A stretch of DNA of 64,000 nt from an uncultured Acidimicrobiales bacterium. Lineage in GTDB: Bacteria; Actinomycetota; Acidimicrobiia; Acidimicrobiales; UBA10347. The stretch is from positions 310,001 to 374,000 of the forward strand of contig CALSSD010000008.1 in assembly GCA_943788915.1 (NCBI GenBank). The letters are read 5' to 3'. Made by a program: the position numbers and the translations under genes. This document shows, piece after piece, positions 53,991 through 62,950 of this stretch; position 1 is the first letter of the stretch, and each line of letters begins with the position of its first letter. Under the pieces are notes generated by a model that saw only the letters and a list, made by a program, of their open reading frames with translations, did not search any database and was not told the DNA's origin.

Positions 53991-54140
53991 CTGCGACTCC
54001 GCGGCCAGCCTGCACGGGAGCTCTCCTCGTTTGTGACCTCGTCATGGAGGGCCAACCTCAGCCCTGGCACGAGTCTGACTTGCACCGGCATCTTCCGTAA
54101 GGCTCCCGAAAGGCGGACTCCTCGGCTAGTACAACTACCC
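53985..54140. ncRNA. Candidate 6S-like rod RNA or MITE-like element
   Basis: 156-nt imperfect rod: GGGTAGCTG/CAACTACCC, CGGGAGC/GCTCCCG, central asymmetric bubble, terminal stem. Confidence 0.45.
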
Positions 54141-55694
54141 CTCGTCGGCAATCATGTGGAAGAAGCCGCCGCGGGTGCCGACCCAGATCCGGTCCTTCCA
54201 CACCACAGGTGTGCTCTCGATACAAGCACCTACGACCACTGACCACAGTTCTGGTGGTTGCCGGGTGGTATCGCTCAGGTCGAAGCCGTGCAAGTAGCCC
54301 CGGCAATCGCCTTGGACCAACGTGTCACCAATCACGACCGGTGAACTCCAGATCGGGCCGGGAAGTCGCAACGTCCAGCGAGTCTCCCCCGTAGAACGAT
54401 CAAGGCCGAGCACACGGCCATCAGCAGTGGGAACGATGACGATGTCTTGGTGCACTGCTGGTGTTGCCCATACCCCGGTATCGATTCCACTGCGTGCGTC
54501 GACTGACCACACGACTGGGTTGTCGGGTTGTCGAGGGTCCAGCTTGACGACCTGGCCAATCGTCCGGCTGCGGTCGTTGCCTCGTTCATACTCCGACGCT
54601 GCGTACAAGAAGCCTTCGTCGTCCACAACAACACTGGCATCGGTGTCGTCGCCGATCCAGAACCGAAAAACCCGCACTGGTGGTTCGTTTCGGCGCACAG
54701 GCTCGATGTCCCAGCCTTGGATCAGACCACCGGAATTCGCAAAATAGGCAATGTTGTCGACGATCGTGACCGAGCTCTCGATCGACACGTTGTCGTCGCC
54801 AAGGACCGATAACAGCTCGTCGTCCCAGCCCGGCACGGCGGCTCGGAGTTCAGGGGCAACGGTTACATTACCGGCCGAGTCGTATCCCCGGTTGAGCTTC
54901 ACTACGTGGAAGTTGGAGTTCTCACCCCCGACAAACATGTAGTCGTCGAGGATGACCGGCGCGCCGTCCCAGTCGTCGTTCCACCGTCGCTGCTCGACCG
55001 CATAAGCGCTCAGACTCCACAGTTCAATGAGCTCGCCAGTGTCGAACGACAGGACTCGAAGCTTGTCGTCGCGAGATCCCACGTAGATAAGTGGGTGACC
55101 GTCGGGGTCAACGGTGAGCGAACCCTTAATAAGGTCGCCCGTGGGAAACGGGGCCATGCGGGGCGCGCCAGTCACCCCATCAAGCACGTGCACGTTGCGG
55201 TCGTAGGCGCCGAACGCGACCCACAGCTCGCCGCCTCGTTCCCATACCGCGGGCTGGCCTGTCCATCCGGTGCCGCACCATTCGCGTTCTTCATCAAAGA
55301 CCGACGACACCGAACACATTTTGGCCCCGGGGTAGCTCCACTGCACTCTGGGCGAGTCGGGTACAGGACCTTGGCCGTAGTAGGTGCGGTTCGGTGAGCC
55401 ACGAAACGTGAGCACCCCTCGGACCGCTTGACCGTAGGGCTGGGCGACCCGATCGACCGAATACCACGGGACGGCTTCCGGTGTTTCGTCGACGGCTGCG
55501 AATTGTTGGGCAGCGGGGCCCAAGGTCGGAAGTGCCGCGGGCACGGTGGTAACAAGTGGCGTTGGTTCAGGAGCGACTACCTGGCCGTCGACAACAGCGT
55601 CGAGTGGGGGTGAACAACCAGCCGCGACAAACAACACCCACACACTGATACTGGTGACAAGGGCGATGGCGGTGATGCGCGGGCGGCTCAGCAT
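54135..55694 (-). CDS. PQQ-like beta-propeller lipoprotein
   Basis: AAGC lipobox; TFRG, WTGQPAV, repeated W.SP/ATP blades. Confidence 0.85.
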   Translation of the reverse strand: MLSRPRITAIALVTSISVWVLFVAAGCSPPLDAVVDGQVVAPEPTPLVTTVPAALPTLGPAAQQFAAVDETPEAVPWYSVDRVAQPYGQAVRGVLTFRGSPNRTYYGQGPVPDSPRVQWSYPGAKMCSVSSVFDEEREWCGTGWTGQPAVWERGGELWVAFGAYDRNVHVLDGVTGAPRMAPFPTGDLIKGSLTVDPDGHPLIYVGSRDDKLRVLSFDTGELIELWSLSAYAVEQRRWNDDWDGAPVILDDYMFVGGENSNFHVVKLNRGYDSAGNVTVAPELRAAVPGWDDELLSVLGDDNVSIESSVTIVDNIAYFANSGGLIQGWDIEPVRRNEPPVRVFRFWIGDDTDASVVVDDEGFLYAASEYERGNDRSRTIGQVVKLDPRQPDNPVVWSVDARSGIDTGVWATPAVHQDIVIVPTADGRVLGLDRSTGETRWTLRLPGPIWSSPVVIGDTLVQGDCRGYLHGFDLSDTTRQPPELWSVVVGACIESTPVVWKDRIWVGTRGGFFHMIADEG

Positions 55695-55729
55695 GAGCCA
55701 AGGAAGTGTGCTCGGTAGTGTGAGGTTCG

Positions 55730-56248
55730 TTACCCGACGTACGGGGTGACAGCAGGAATGTCGCTGATTGGCAATTCGAACAACGACGGATCTGGCGCCG
55801 TGTCGGTGCCAAGATCGACCATCAGGTCAGATTCGACCGTGCGGCCTGCGGCCCGAGCGGTGACGAGCTGTGGCTCGACATATCGCTGCGGTGTTACTGG
55901 CAGACCTGCTTGGAGCGCTGCGAATTCTTCGTCGATTGCTGCGGTGTCGCTCGGGAGGTCCGTCGCTACAAGGTCGAGCGTTGGAAGCAGTTCTTCAGCA
56001 GTCGCTGCAGCCATTGCCTGCACCGCTGGCTGTGACCCAGCGACCCCAGGCCAGGCCGGGTCGCGTGCGTCGAGGAGCTGCCACGACATGGGCACGACGG
56101 TCGCATTTGCATGCTTGCGGCACAACATGATGCCACCTGTCGGGTCGGGCTGATCCAAGTCGTAGAGCCACGCTTTAGCGTCGGGCGGCGAAAAGGTCAG
56201 CAAAGCTACTGCTGGCTTGTCACAGTTCATGCGTGTGCACTCATCCAT
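55730..56248 (-). CDS. DUF3499-like protein with low-complexity tail
   Basis: CTRMNCDKPAVALLTF, LCRKHA...VPMSW. Confidence 0.75.
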   Translation of the reverse strand: MDECTRMNCDKPAVALLTFSPPDAKAWLYDLDQPDPTGGIMLCRKHANATVVPMSWQLLDARDPAWPGVAGSQPAVQAMAAATAEELLPTLDLVATDLPSDTAAIDEEFAALQAGLPVTPQRYVEPQLVTARAAGRTVESDLMVDLGTDTAPDPSLFELPISDIPAVTPYVG

Positions 56249-56443
56249 GGATGAAAAAAGTACTTGCCGGCCCCTCGTCATGCGCGGATACTCAACACAA
56301 TTTGTCCCCACTAGCAACAATGACCACACCAAAGTGCGGGGGTGGTCAGCGTTGCAGGATGTCCGGCTGGTCCACAGACGCTGCTCAACTTCGTAGGTGG
56401 GGCGTAGGTAGAGGTCACATCGGGTGCGCTACCGTCGGATCGC

Positions 56444-57415
56444 ATGGTCCTCTGGGAAGCACTCGATGCATTGAGTCATCAACTTGAACTATGCGCCGTG
56501 ACCGCGGAAACCCAGCTTGTGGTGCTGATCGACCCAGCACTCGACGACAGCCAGATCATCGGTATCCAAGCTGCCGTGACCCGCACCGGAGCGCACTCGA
56601 TCGACGTGCACATCACTCCCGGGCGCTGTTCCGGCAACAAACCGCTCAACGCTGCAATTAGCGCAAGTGACCTGATCATTACCACTGGTTCACATACGGT
56701 GACGCACCTTTCCACCGCTGTCCCAACCCTTCATTTGCACTCGGTACCGCCCCAGCTTTTCGCGCCCCATGCAAGCCTGAAGCGCCGAGTGCGGGCGTTC
56801 GCAGCGCTCGTCGACGACGCGGACACCCTGGTGCTCTCCGATTCCAATGGCACCAGCATCACTGTGTCACTCGCTGGTGGCACGACCCGTTTCGATCATG
56901 GGTTCATCGAACCGGGCCAACACCGTGCCCGCTTCCCTGCCGGTTGGGTCATGACCACACCGTCAGCTGGTTCGGTGTACGGCCAACTGGTGCTCATGCC
57001 CGGCGACGCCAACCTGAGCGGCAAACGGCTCATCAACTCACCGGTTGTCCTCTACATCGCCAACGACCACATCTCGTCGATCGAAGGTGACAATCCCGAT
57101 GCCGACGTCCTGCGGGCTCTTCTCGAACATGTCAACAAACCAACCGCGTACGGCGTTGCTGGATTGAGCCTCGGAATGAACCCTGGGTCCGTTGCACCGG
57201 GTCTTTTCGACGCTCGCCTGGTCGATCCCGTCATCAGCCAGCTCCTCGCAGGAATCGTGCACCTGTCATTTGGCGAGAACCTGGTTGCCGACCGGCCGTG
57301 CCCTCAGACAATCACCTTGGCGTTGCAAAGCCGCGACGTGCACATCGATGGCCTTCCTGTTGTGCGCAATGGTCGACTCGAAGGCGATTTCGCACCCGAC
57401 GTCTACGAGCTCTGA
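56444..57415 (+). CDS. M29 aminopeptidase / NicX-like fold protein, degenerate
   Basis: FPAGWV..P..GSVYGQLVL..GD, IEGDNPDADVLR, GMNP, FGEN, IDGLPVVRNG. Confidence 0.7.
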   Translation: MVLWEALDALSHQLELCAVTAETQLVVLIDPALDDSQIIGIQAAVTRTGAHSIDVHITPGRCSGNKPLNAAISASDLIITTGSHTVTHLSTAVPTLHLHSVPPQLFAPHASLKRRVRAFAALVDDADTLVLSDSNGTSITVSLAGGTTRFDHGFIEPGQHRARFPAGWVMTTPSAGSVYGQLVLMPGDANLSGKRLINSPVVLYIANDHISSIEGDNPDADVLRALLEHVNKPTAYGVAGLSLGMNPGSVAPGLFDARLVDPVISQLLAGIVHLSFGENLVADRPCPQTITLALQSRDVHIDGLPVVRNGRLEGDFAPDVYEL

Positions 57416-57446
57416 TCCCCAACTTTACCACCGCAGAGGTATACCG

Positions 57447-57488
57447 ATCGGCCTGTCCTGGTCGGCCTGTCCTGATCGGCACTGTCAG
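57447..57488. repeat. 14-bp tandem repeat
   Basis: ATCGGCCTGTCCTG / GTCGGCCTGTCCTG / ATCGGCACTGTCAG. Confidence 0.75.
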
Positions 57489-57504
57489 ACCCCCCTGTCA
57501 AAGT
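57483..57504 (+). promoter_or_regulatory. PafBC (RecA-NDp)-type promoter motif
   Basis: TGTCAG-N10-CAAAGT, 7 nt before ATG 57512. Confidence 0.55.
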
Positions 57505-57511
57505 AGATGAC

Positions 57512-58027
57512 ATGACGGTTCTCGATCTCGACCCACCACATCCCACATTGCGTCTCGTCTCATCGAACGGCCTTGCGACAACGCGCGATTCTCGCTATCG
57601 CTCGACCACGCCGCTCTATGGCGACGCTCGTGAGCTTTTCCAGCAGGTCCTGCAATATGCGCTCGAACATCAGGTTGCTATCGACCCCGATTCCTTGCGG
57701 GTCGTCTTGGGCACCAAACAAGCCATGTCAGCAGCACCCGCTCGATCCTTCTCTGCTGCGGGTATTTGGCAACTCATGTTTGTTGATGTTGTTGCCAGCT
57801 GCCGTAACCGCAAACTCGATGTTCCCGCCGGTTGTGCGAGTGCTCTCATCCGCACGATCGATTACCTCGACGCTTCCGATTCGTTTCACTCTCTGAGCGA
57901 CCCTGTCGGCGATCTCTACGACGCGATCGACGAATGCACCGGCGGGTGGGTGGATGACCTTCATCCGTCGACGCCCACCAAGGCTCGTCGTTCGGTACCA
58001 TCAGATCGTGGCACGAAACGCACCTGA
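57512..58027 (+). CDS. Hypothetical protein
   Basis: 171-aa ORF filling the gap; no family recognised. Confidence 0.75.
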   Translation: MTVLDLDPPHPTLRLVSSNGLATTRDSRYRSTTPLYGDARELFQQVLQYALEHQVAIDPDSLRVVLGTKQAMSAAPARSFSAAGIWQLMFVDVVASCRNRKLDVPAGCASALIRTIDYLDASDSFHSLSDPVGDLYDAIDECTGGWVDDLHPSTPTKARRSVPSDRGTKRT

Positions 58028-58196
58028 TCCATCTCAACGTGGCACGTCCTCGCGTGTCACCAAGTCACCGGTCCAACGGGCAGGCGCTGCAAGTCAGCCA
58101 AGACCACGGCGCGATCGCCGTAAATTTTGGACCCAGTTCATCGCAGGTTTTCTCGTAGTGGCGATGCTACTTCCGGTGCTCATCGCCTTCCTGTAG
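58008..58196 (+). CDS. Small tail-anchored membrane protein, 62 aa
   Basis: TACCAT-6nt-GTG start; basic segment then FWTQFIAGFLVVAMLLPVLIAFL*. Confidence 0.65.
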   Translation: MARNAPDPSQRGTSSRVTKSPVQRAGAASQPRPRRDRRKFWTQFIAGFLVVAMLLPVLIAFL

Positions 58197-58291
58197 TTGT
58201 TCACCGGTCGCCGCATATGCGGTGTCTTGTCGACGTGCCAGCCTGTTAGACACTGGCAGCACTATTGTGACAGGCACCTCGACCAGGAGCC

Positions 58292-59074
58292 GTGTTGATC
58301 CGCCAGAACAGAGCTGTACCCATATTGTTGGTACTGACCTTTGCCTTCATTCTTTATCTCGGTGGCTGTTTCGGTTCAGAAGAACCGACGACTGCCGTCG
58401 AAGAGTCGCCTACGCCCGTTCCGACTCCCACGGCTGCACCCATTGTCGACCCCGGTATTACCCCGGGGACGAGCAGCGAAGCGCCGTTTTATCACACGGT
58501 CGAAACAGGCGATCGGCTGGGATCCATTGCTTCCAAATACAACGTGACTGTCGATGTCATCATTCGAGCCAATCCCCAGATGGACCCCAACCTGATCATT
58601 GCTGGCGAACAGCTTCGCATCCCTGGCGCAGGTACGAACAACGAAGTCCTCGAGAGCGTTGGCCCCGATCGTCCCGACGGGGTAACCGTGTCCTATGTCA
58701 TTGAGAGTGGTGACACCTTGGGGCAGATTGCCAACACGTGGACAGTCAGCCTGGATGCTCTGCTCGAAGCAAACCCCGAGGTAGACCCAGCCACACTGCA
58801 ACCCAACCAACTCATTGAGATTCCGCCGTGGGGTAGCGGCTTCGACGCATCCGAACTCTCCCCTCGCGTTACTCCGGTCGCGTCCACCCGTGAACCTGGC
58901 GATCCGCCACTGGAACACGAGGTCGTCGCCGGCGATTTCATCTCCGCGATCGCGGAACTGTACAACGTGACTATCACACAGATCGTCGAAACCAACGGCC
59001 TCGAGAACGGCGGTAATAGTATTCTGATCGGCCAAACTCTGCTGATTCCGCCGCCACAGGCCATCGACGGCTAG
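58292..59074 (+). CDS. Lipoprotein with three LysM domains
   Basis: LGGC; HTVETGDRLGSIA, YVIESGDTLGQIA, HEVVAGDFISAIA. Confidence 0.92.
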   Translation: MLIRQNRAVPILLVLTFAFILYLGGCFGSEEPTTAVEESPTPVPTPTAAPIVDPGITPGTSSEAPFYHTVETGDRLGSIASKYNVTVDVIIRANPQMDPNLIIAGEQLRIPGAGTNNEVLESVGPDRPDGVTVSYVIESGDTLGQIANTWTVSLDALLEANPEVDPATLQPNQLIEIPPWGSGFDASELSPRVTPVASTREPGDPPLEHEVVAGDFISAIAELYNVTITQIVETNGLENGGNSILIGQTLLIPPPQAIDG

Positions 59075-59172
59075 ACATCTCGAGAACCACATCGGCCTGC
59101 GTCGAGCAACCCAACCTCGATCGACACAGCCTCGAAATGCAGACCGATGTTGCACATTTCATTGGACGCGAC

Positions 59173-59208
59173 TCGAGCCGGTAGTTGGCGCACCAGCTAC
59201 CGGCTCGA
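59173..59208. terminator. Hairpin between convergent genes
   Basis: TCGAGCCGGTAGTTGG-CGCA-CCAGCTACCGGCTCGA. Confidence 0.65.
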
Positions 59209-59237
59209 AGCCAGACGTTCTCTGTTGTACCGACCGG

Positions 59238-59789
59238 TTAGCTCTCGGCGATGGTGACGCTTTCGATCACAAGATCGGTGGTCGGGCGATCACCTGGTGC
59301 GGTAGGAACAGCCTGCATCTCGTTCACGAGTTCCAAACCGCCAACAACCTGGCCGAACAGCGAGTATGACGGAGGAAGACCCACGCCACTGCCGCCGCTC
59401 ACGATGAAGAATTGGCTGCCGTTCGTGTTGGGCCCAGCGTTAGCCATAGCGAGCGAGCCGATCTTGTAGTCGCCAGCGTTCGGGAGTTCGTCGTCGAAGC
59501 GGTAACCAGGACCACCCATGCCGCTGCCCTGCGGGCAACCGCCCTGGCACATGAAGCCATTAATGATGCGGTGGAAAACCAGGCCGTCGTAGTACTTGTA
59601 ACGAGCGAGGAAGACGAAGTTATTGACCGTCTTGGGGGCGATGTCGGGATAAAGAGCGATGGTGAGATCACCCATCGACGTCTTCATGGTGGCGATATAG
59701 GTCTTGGCCGGGTCAATGCACATTGGAGGGGCTTCGTCGAACGAAGTCATCCGTGGGCTTGATCCGTCTGCAGCTGGGCATTCAGTCAT
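59238..59789 (-). CDS. Cyclophilin-type peptidyl-prolyl isomerase
   Basis: APKTVNNF, FHRII, MANAGPNTNGSQFFI. Confidence 0.95.
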   Translation of the reverse strand: MTECPAADGSSPRMTSFDEAPPMCIDPAKTYIATMKTSMGDLTIALYPDIAPKTVNNFVFLARYKYYDGLVFHRIINGFMCQGGCPQGSGMGGPGYRFDDELPNAGDYKIGSLAMANAGPNTNGSQFFIVSGGSGVGLPPSYSLFGQVVGGLELVNEMQAVPTAPGDRPTTDLVIESVTIAES

Positions 59790-59921
59790 TCGTTGATGGT
59801 ATAACTTGCGGCCCCATTCTCTGCGGCTCAGTCATACCGATCCAGAGTTAGGCCATGTTGCACACCCCATATCTGGGGTGTCGAGGTTCCGCATCACTAC
59901 AGTGCGGCGAGGAAGTTTGAC

Positions 59922-60788
59922 GTGGGAGAAAAACGCGTGGAGATAACGAAGGTCGCCGTCATCGGCGGCGGAACGATGGGTTCTGGTATTGCCGAGGTGT
60001 GTGCCAAATCTGGTCTTGACACCATCGTGATGGAACCAGAAGCGGCAGCGGCAGAAGCTGCCCAAGCCCGTATCAACGGTTCGATGGACAAGGCCGTCGC
60101 TCGGGGCCGACTGAGCGAGGAAGATCGGGCCACCACCGGAGCCCTGCTGAGTTACACCACCGACATCAACGCTCTCAGCGATCGTGACCTGGTCATCGAA
60201 GCCATCGTCGAAAACGAGCAGATTAAGCTCGACCTCTTCAAGCGGCTCGACGAGGTCACCCCTGAACACTGCATCTTGGCGTCGAACACATCTTCGATCC
60301 CGTTGATCAATCTGGGCACCGCTACCAAACGACCGGAACGAGTGCTCGGGCTGCACTTCTTCAACCCTGCGACCGTGCAGAAACTGTGCGAAATCGTTGT
60401 ATCCATCGCTACCGACGACGCCGTAGTCGTCGCGTGCGAAAAGTTCGCCCAGAACACACTCGGCAAGGAAACCATTAAGAGTAAGGACCGTGCCGGCTTC
60501 ATCGTGAACCGGTTGCTGGTTCCGTACCTGCTGCAGGCAATCTCATTGCTCGATACTGGACAAGTCACAGCCGAAGATATCGATAACGGCATGATGTTCG
60601 GCTGCGCACATCCCATGGGTCCACTTACCTTGTGCGATCTCATCGGGCTCGACACCATCAAGTCGGTCGCCGACGTGCTCTACGAGGAATTCAAAGAGCC
60701 CACGTACGCACCACCGCCAAAGCTGAAGCGCATGGTTGCCGCCGGTCACCTCGGTCGCAAAACCGGCAAAGGTTTCTACAACTACTAA
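59922..60788 (+). CDS. 3-hydroxybutyryl-CoA dehydrogenase
   Basis: GGGTMGSGIA, IEAIVE, SNTSS, HFFNP, GFIVNR, HPMGP, GRKTGKGFY. Confidence 0.93.
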   Translation: MGEKRVEITKVAVIGGGTMGSGIAEVCAKSGLDTIVMEPEAAAAEAAQARINGSMDKAVARGRLSEEDRATTGALLSYTTDINALSDRDLVIEAIVENEQIKLDLFKRLDEVTPEHCILASNTSSIPLINLGTATKRPERVLGLHFFNPATVQKLCEIVVSIATDDAVVVACEKFAQNTLGKETIKSKDRAGFIVNRLLVPYLLQAISLLDTGQVTAEDIDNGMMFGCAHPMGPLTLCDLIGLDTIKSVADVLYEEFKEPTYAPPPKLKRMVAAGHLGRKTGKGFYNY

Positions 60789-60850
60789 CGAGGCCAGACC
60801 AACCCGTCTGTGAACGCACCCTCACAAAACCCAAATGCTCCATCTACTTC

Positions 60851-60967
60851 GTAGAGGTAGCGGAGGGAGGGGTGTTGGTGCTGAACGCAGCGATGATCGG
60901 ACGCTACTCGCGCAGGAATCAAAATAACGTCCCAGCGTCTGGTCGCAAGTCAGCAACAACACCACTC
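60851..60967. ncRNA. Candidate rod hairpin with C-rich flank on the minus strand
   Basis: GGTGTTGGTGCTGA/TCAGCAACAACACC, GACGCT/AGCGTC; minus-strand flank CCCCTCCCTCCGCTACCTC. Confidence 0.35.
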
Positions 60968-61006
60968 TCGTAGCGGGACGCCAAAGCTACAGGCCACAAA
61001 AATGGA

Positions 61007-61046
61007 TCATGGTCGGCGGCCACCCCCCAGCAGCCGCCGACCATGA
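61007..61046 (+). ncRNA. 6C-like hairpin (perfect 14-bp stem, C6 loop)
   Basis: TCATGGTCGGCGGC-CACCCCCCAGCA-GCCGCCGACCATGA. Confidence 0.45.
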
Positions 61047-61223
61047 GAAAATTCCCAGTACTGGGGTCGAACTATCTGAGACGATAGCCAGTGGAAAACC
61101 GAACCCGGCTACTGCATTTCGCGAGAATCTATTCGGCCCAGCGCTCTGCCGGAAGAACATGTTCGAACCACGATCGCTCTCGTCACGTGGTTTGCGGTCA
61201 TCAGCCCCGACCCAGGTGGCAGT

Positions 61224-61481
61224 TCAGCCGACTAATCGTTCGGCATTCACGACCGCTGGTGAATAACGAACCTGGCGGGGAGTAGCTTCGCCGACCATTG
61301 CCGAGTCGCCGCACGACCAGCACGCGTCGTCGCCGTTGCCGCGCCAGGTGACATCACACGATCCACACACCATGGTGATGGTGCGTGGCCTATCGCCAAA
61401 ACTTTGTACCGGCATTCGCGCCACAATAAAGACACTGTTGGACCCCAACGCGGATACTTCATAATTGTTTGCCTCAGCCAA
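61224..61481 (-). CDS. Small zinc-ribbon protein (start may be 61415 or later)
   Basis: CGSCDVTW...CWSCG. Confidence 0.65.
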   Translation of the reverse strand: MAEANNYEVSALGSNSVFIVARMPVQSFGDRPRTITMVCGSCDVTWRGNGDDACWSCGDSAMVGEATPRQVRYSPAVVNAERLVG

Positions 61482-61498
61482 AACTGGGCCGCTGTCGG

Positions 61499-62926
61499 CT
61501 AGAAGATCTCGCCAGGGACATAGGCAGCAGCATCGGGATACTGATCGGTAATCGCACCGATCCGATCGACCACGGCAAACGTCTGAGCAGGAGCTCGGCC
61601 CGCCAATTCCAACGGTGAGCCGAGTAATGAGGCTAGATCCTCAGCCGTGAGCGGCAGTCGATCATCAGCGGCCAGCCGTTGCACCAGTGGGGTGAAGTCA
61701 GTGTCTGATTCACGCAAGTCGAGGGCGGTTGCAACCGCATGTTCCTTGATGACCTCGTGTGCTGTTTCCCGTCCCGCTCCGGCCTTTACCGCAGCCATAA
61801 GGACACGGGTTGTCGCAACGAACGGCAGGTACTCCGCAAGCTCGCGATCGGCTACAGCCGGGAAAGCACCAAACCCATCGAGCACGCTTTGGAACGTCTC
61901 GAAGAGTCCATCGATTGCCAAGAATGCATCGGGAAGCGCAACCCGGCGCACGACCGAACAGCTGACGTCGCCTTCGTTCCACTGGTTGCCGACCATGCCG
62001 GACACCATCGTCAGATGACCTCGTAATATGGAGACAAAACCGTTGACCCGTTCGCATGAACGAGCGTTCATCTTGTGCGGCATCGCCGACGAACCAACTT
62101 GACCAGGGGCGAAGCCTTCGGTCACCAGGTTCTCACCAGCCATGAGGCGGATGGTGGTGGCCAGGTTGGATGGACCCGAAGCGAGTTGCACCAGAGCAGA
62201 CACCACGTCGAAATCCAGTGACCGAGGGTAGACCTGGCCAACGCTGTCAAAGGTCGCCGAGAAACCAAGGTGTTCCGCAATACTCATTTCGAGTGCCTGC
62301 ACCTTGGCTGCATCGCCCTCGAACAGGTCATAGAGATCCTGTTGTGTGCCGACAGGCCCTTTCATGCCACGGAGCGGGTAACCAGCGATCAGACTCTCGA
62401 GCCGGTGAAATGAAACAATCAGCTCTTCAGCTGCGGTGGCGATCCGTTTGCCCAGTGTGGTGACCTGCGCTGGCACATTGTGCGAACGCCCAACGATGGG
62501 GAACTCGCTGTGTGCCGCTGCCAGAACACCCATGCGATAGAGCACAGCAACCGCCCGGTCACGAATGAGCTCGAGGCTGCGGCGAACCTGGAGTTGTTCT
62601 ACGTTCTCCGTGAGGTCACGAGAGGTCATCCCTTTGTGGATGTGCTCATGCCCTGCGAGTTCGGAGAACTCCTCGATCCGAGCTTTGACGTCGTGACGAA
62701 GCACCCGGTCTCTCGCATCGATCGATGCAATATCTACCTGATCGACGACCGCTTCGTAGGCTTCGATCGTGCCTTCGGGCACGCCTAGGCCGAGTTCGTC
62801 CTGCGCGCGCAGAACAGCAATCCAGAGCTGGCGCTCGAGGATGACCTTGCCGCGACGTGACCAGATGGCGGTCATGGCGGGCGACGCATATCGCGTCGCA
62901 AGAACATTCTCGAGCGCGTCACTCAT
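61499..62926 (-). CDS. purB: Adenylosuccinate lyase
   Basis: NVLATRYAS, RHDVKA, TSRDLTEN, GSSAMPHKMN, NEGDVSCS. Confidence 0.96.
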   Translation of the reverse strand: MSDALENVLATRYASPAMTAIWSRRGKVILERQLWIAVLRAQDELGLGVPEGTIEAYEAVVDQVDIASIDARDRVLRHDVKARIEEFSELAGHEHIHKGMTSRDLTENVEQLQVRRSLELIRDRAVAVLYRMGVLAAAHSEFPIVGRSHNVPAQVTTLGKRIATAAEELIVSFHRLESLIAGYPLRGMKGPVGTQQDLYDLFEGDAAKVQALEMSIAEHLGFSATFDSVGQVYPRSLDFDVVSALVQLASGPSNLATTIRLMAGENLVTEGFAPGQVGSSAMPHKMNARSCERVNGFVSILRGHLTMVSGMVGNQWNEGDVSCSVVRRVALPDAFLAIDGLFETFQSVLDGFGAFPAVADRELAEYLPFVATTRVLMAAVKAGAGRETAHEVIKEHAVATALDLRESDTDFTPLVQRLAADDRLPLTAEDLASLLGSPLELAGRAPAQTFAVVDRIGAITDQYPDAAAYVPGEIF

Positions 62927-62950
62927 ACTGATGTTGCCGATTCTGGTCGC

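Noticed and set aside
60872..60973. 33-codon ORF after a strong GGAGG
   Set aside because: Peptide is featureless and coincides with a hairpin; coding status unsupported
61153..61168. LexA box-like GAACATGTTC
   Set aside because: Spacer is 2 nt rather than 4, and it is not at a promoter
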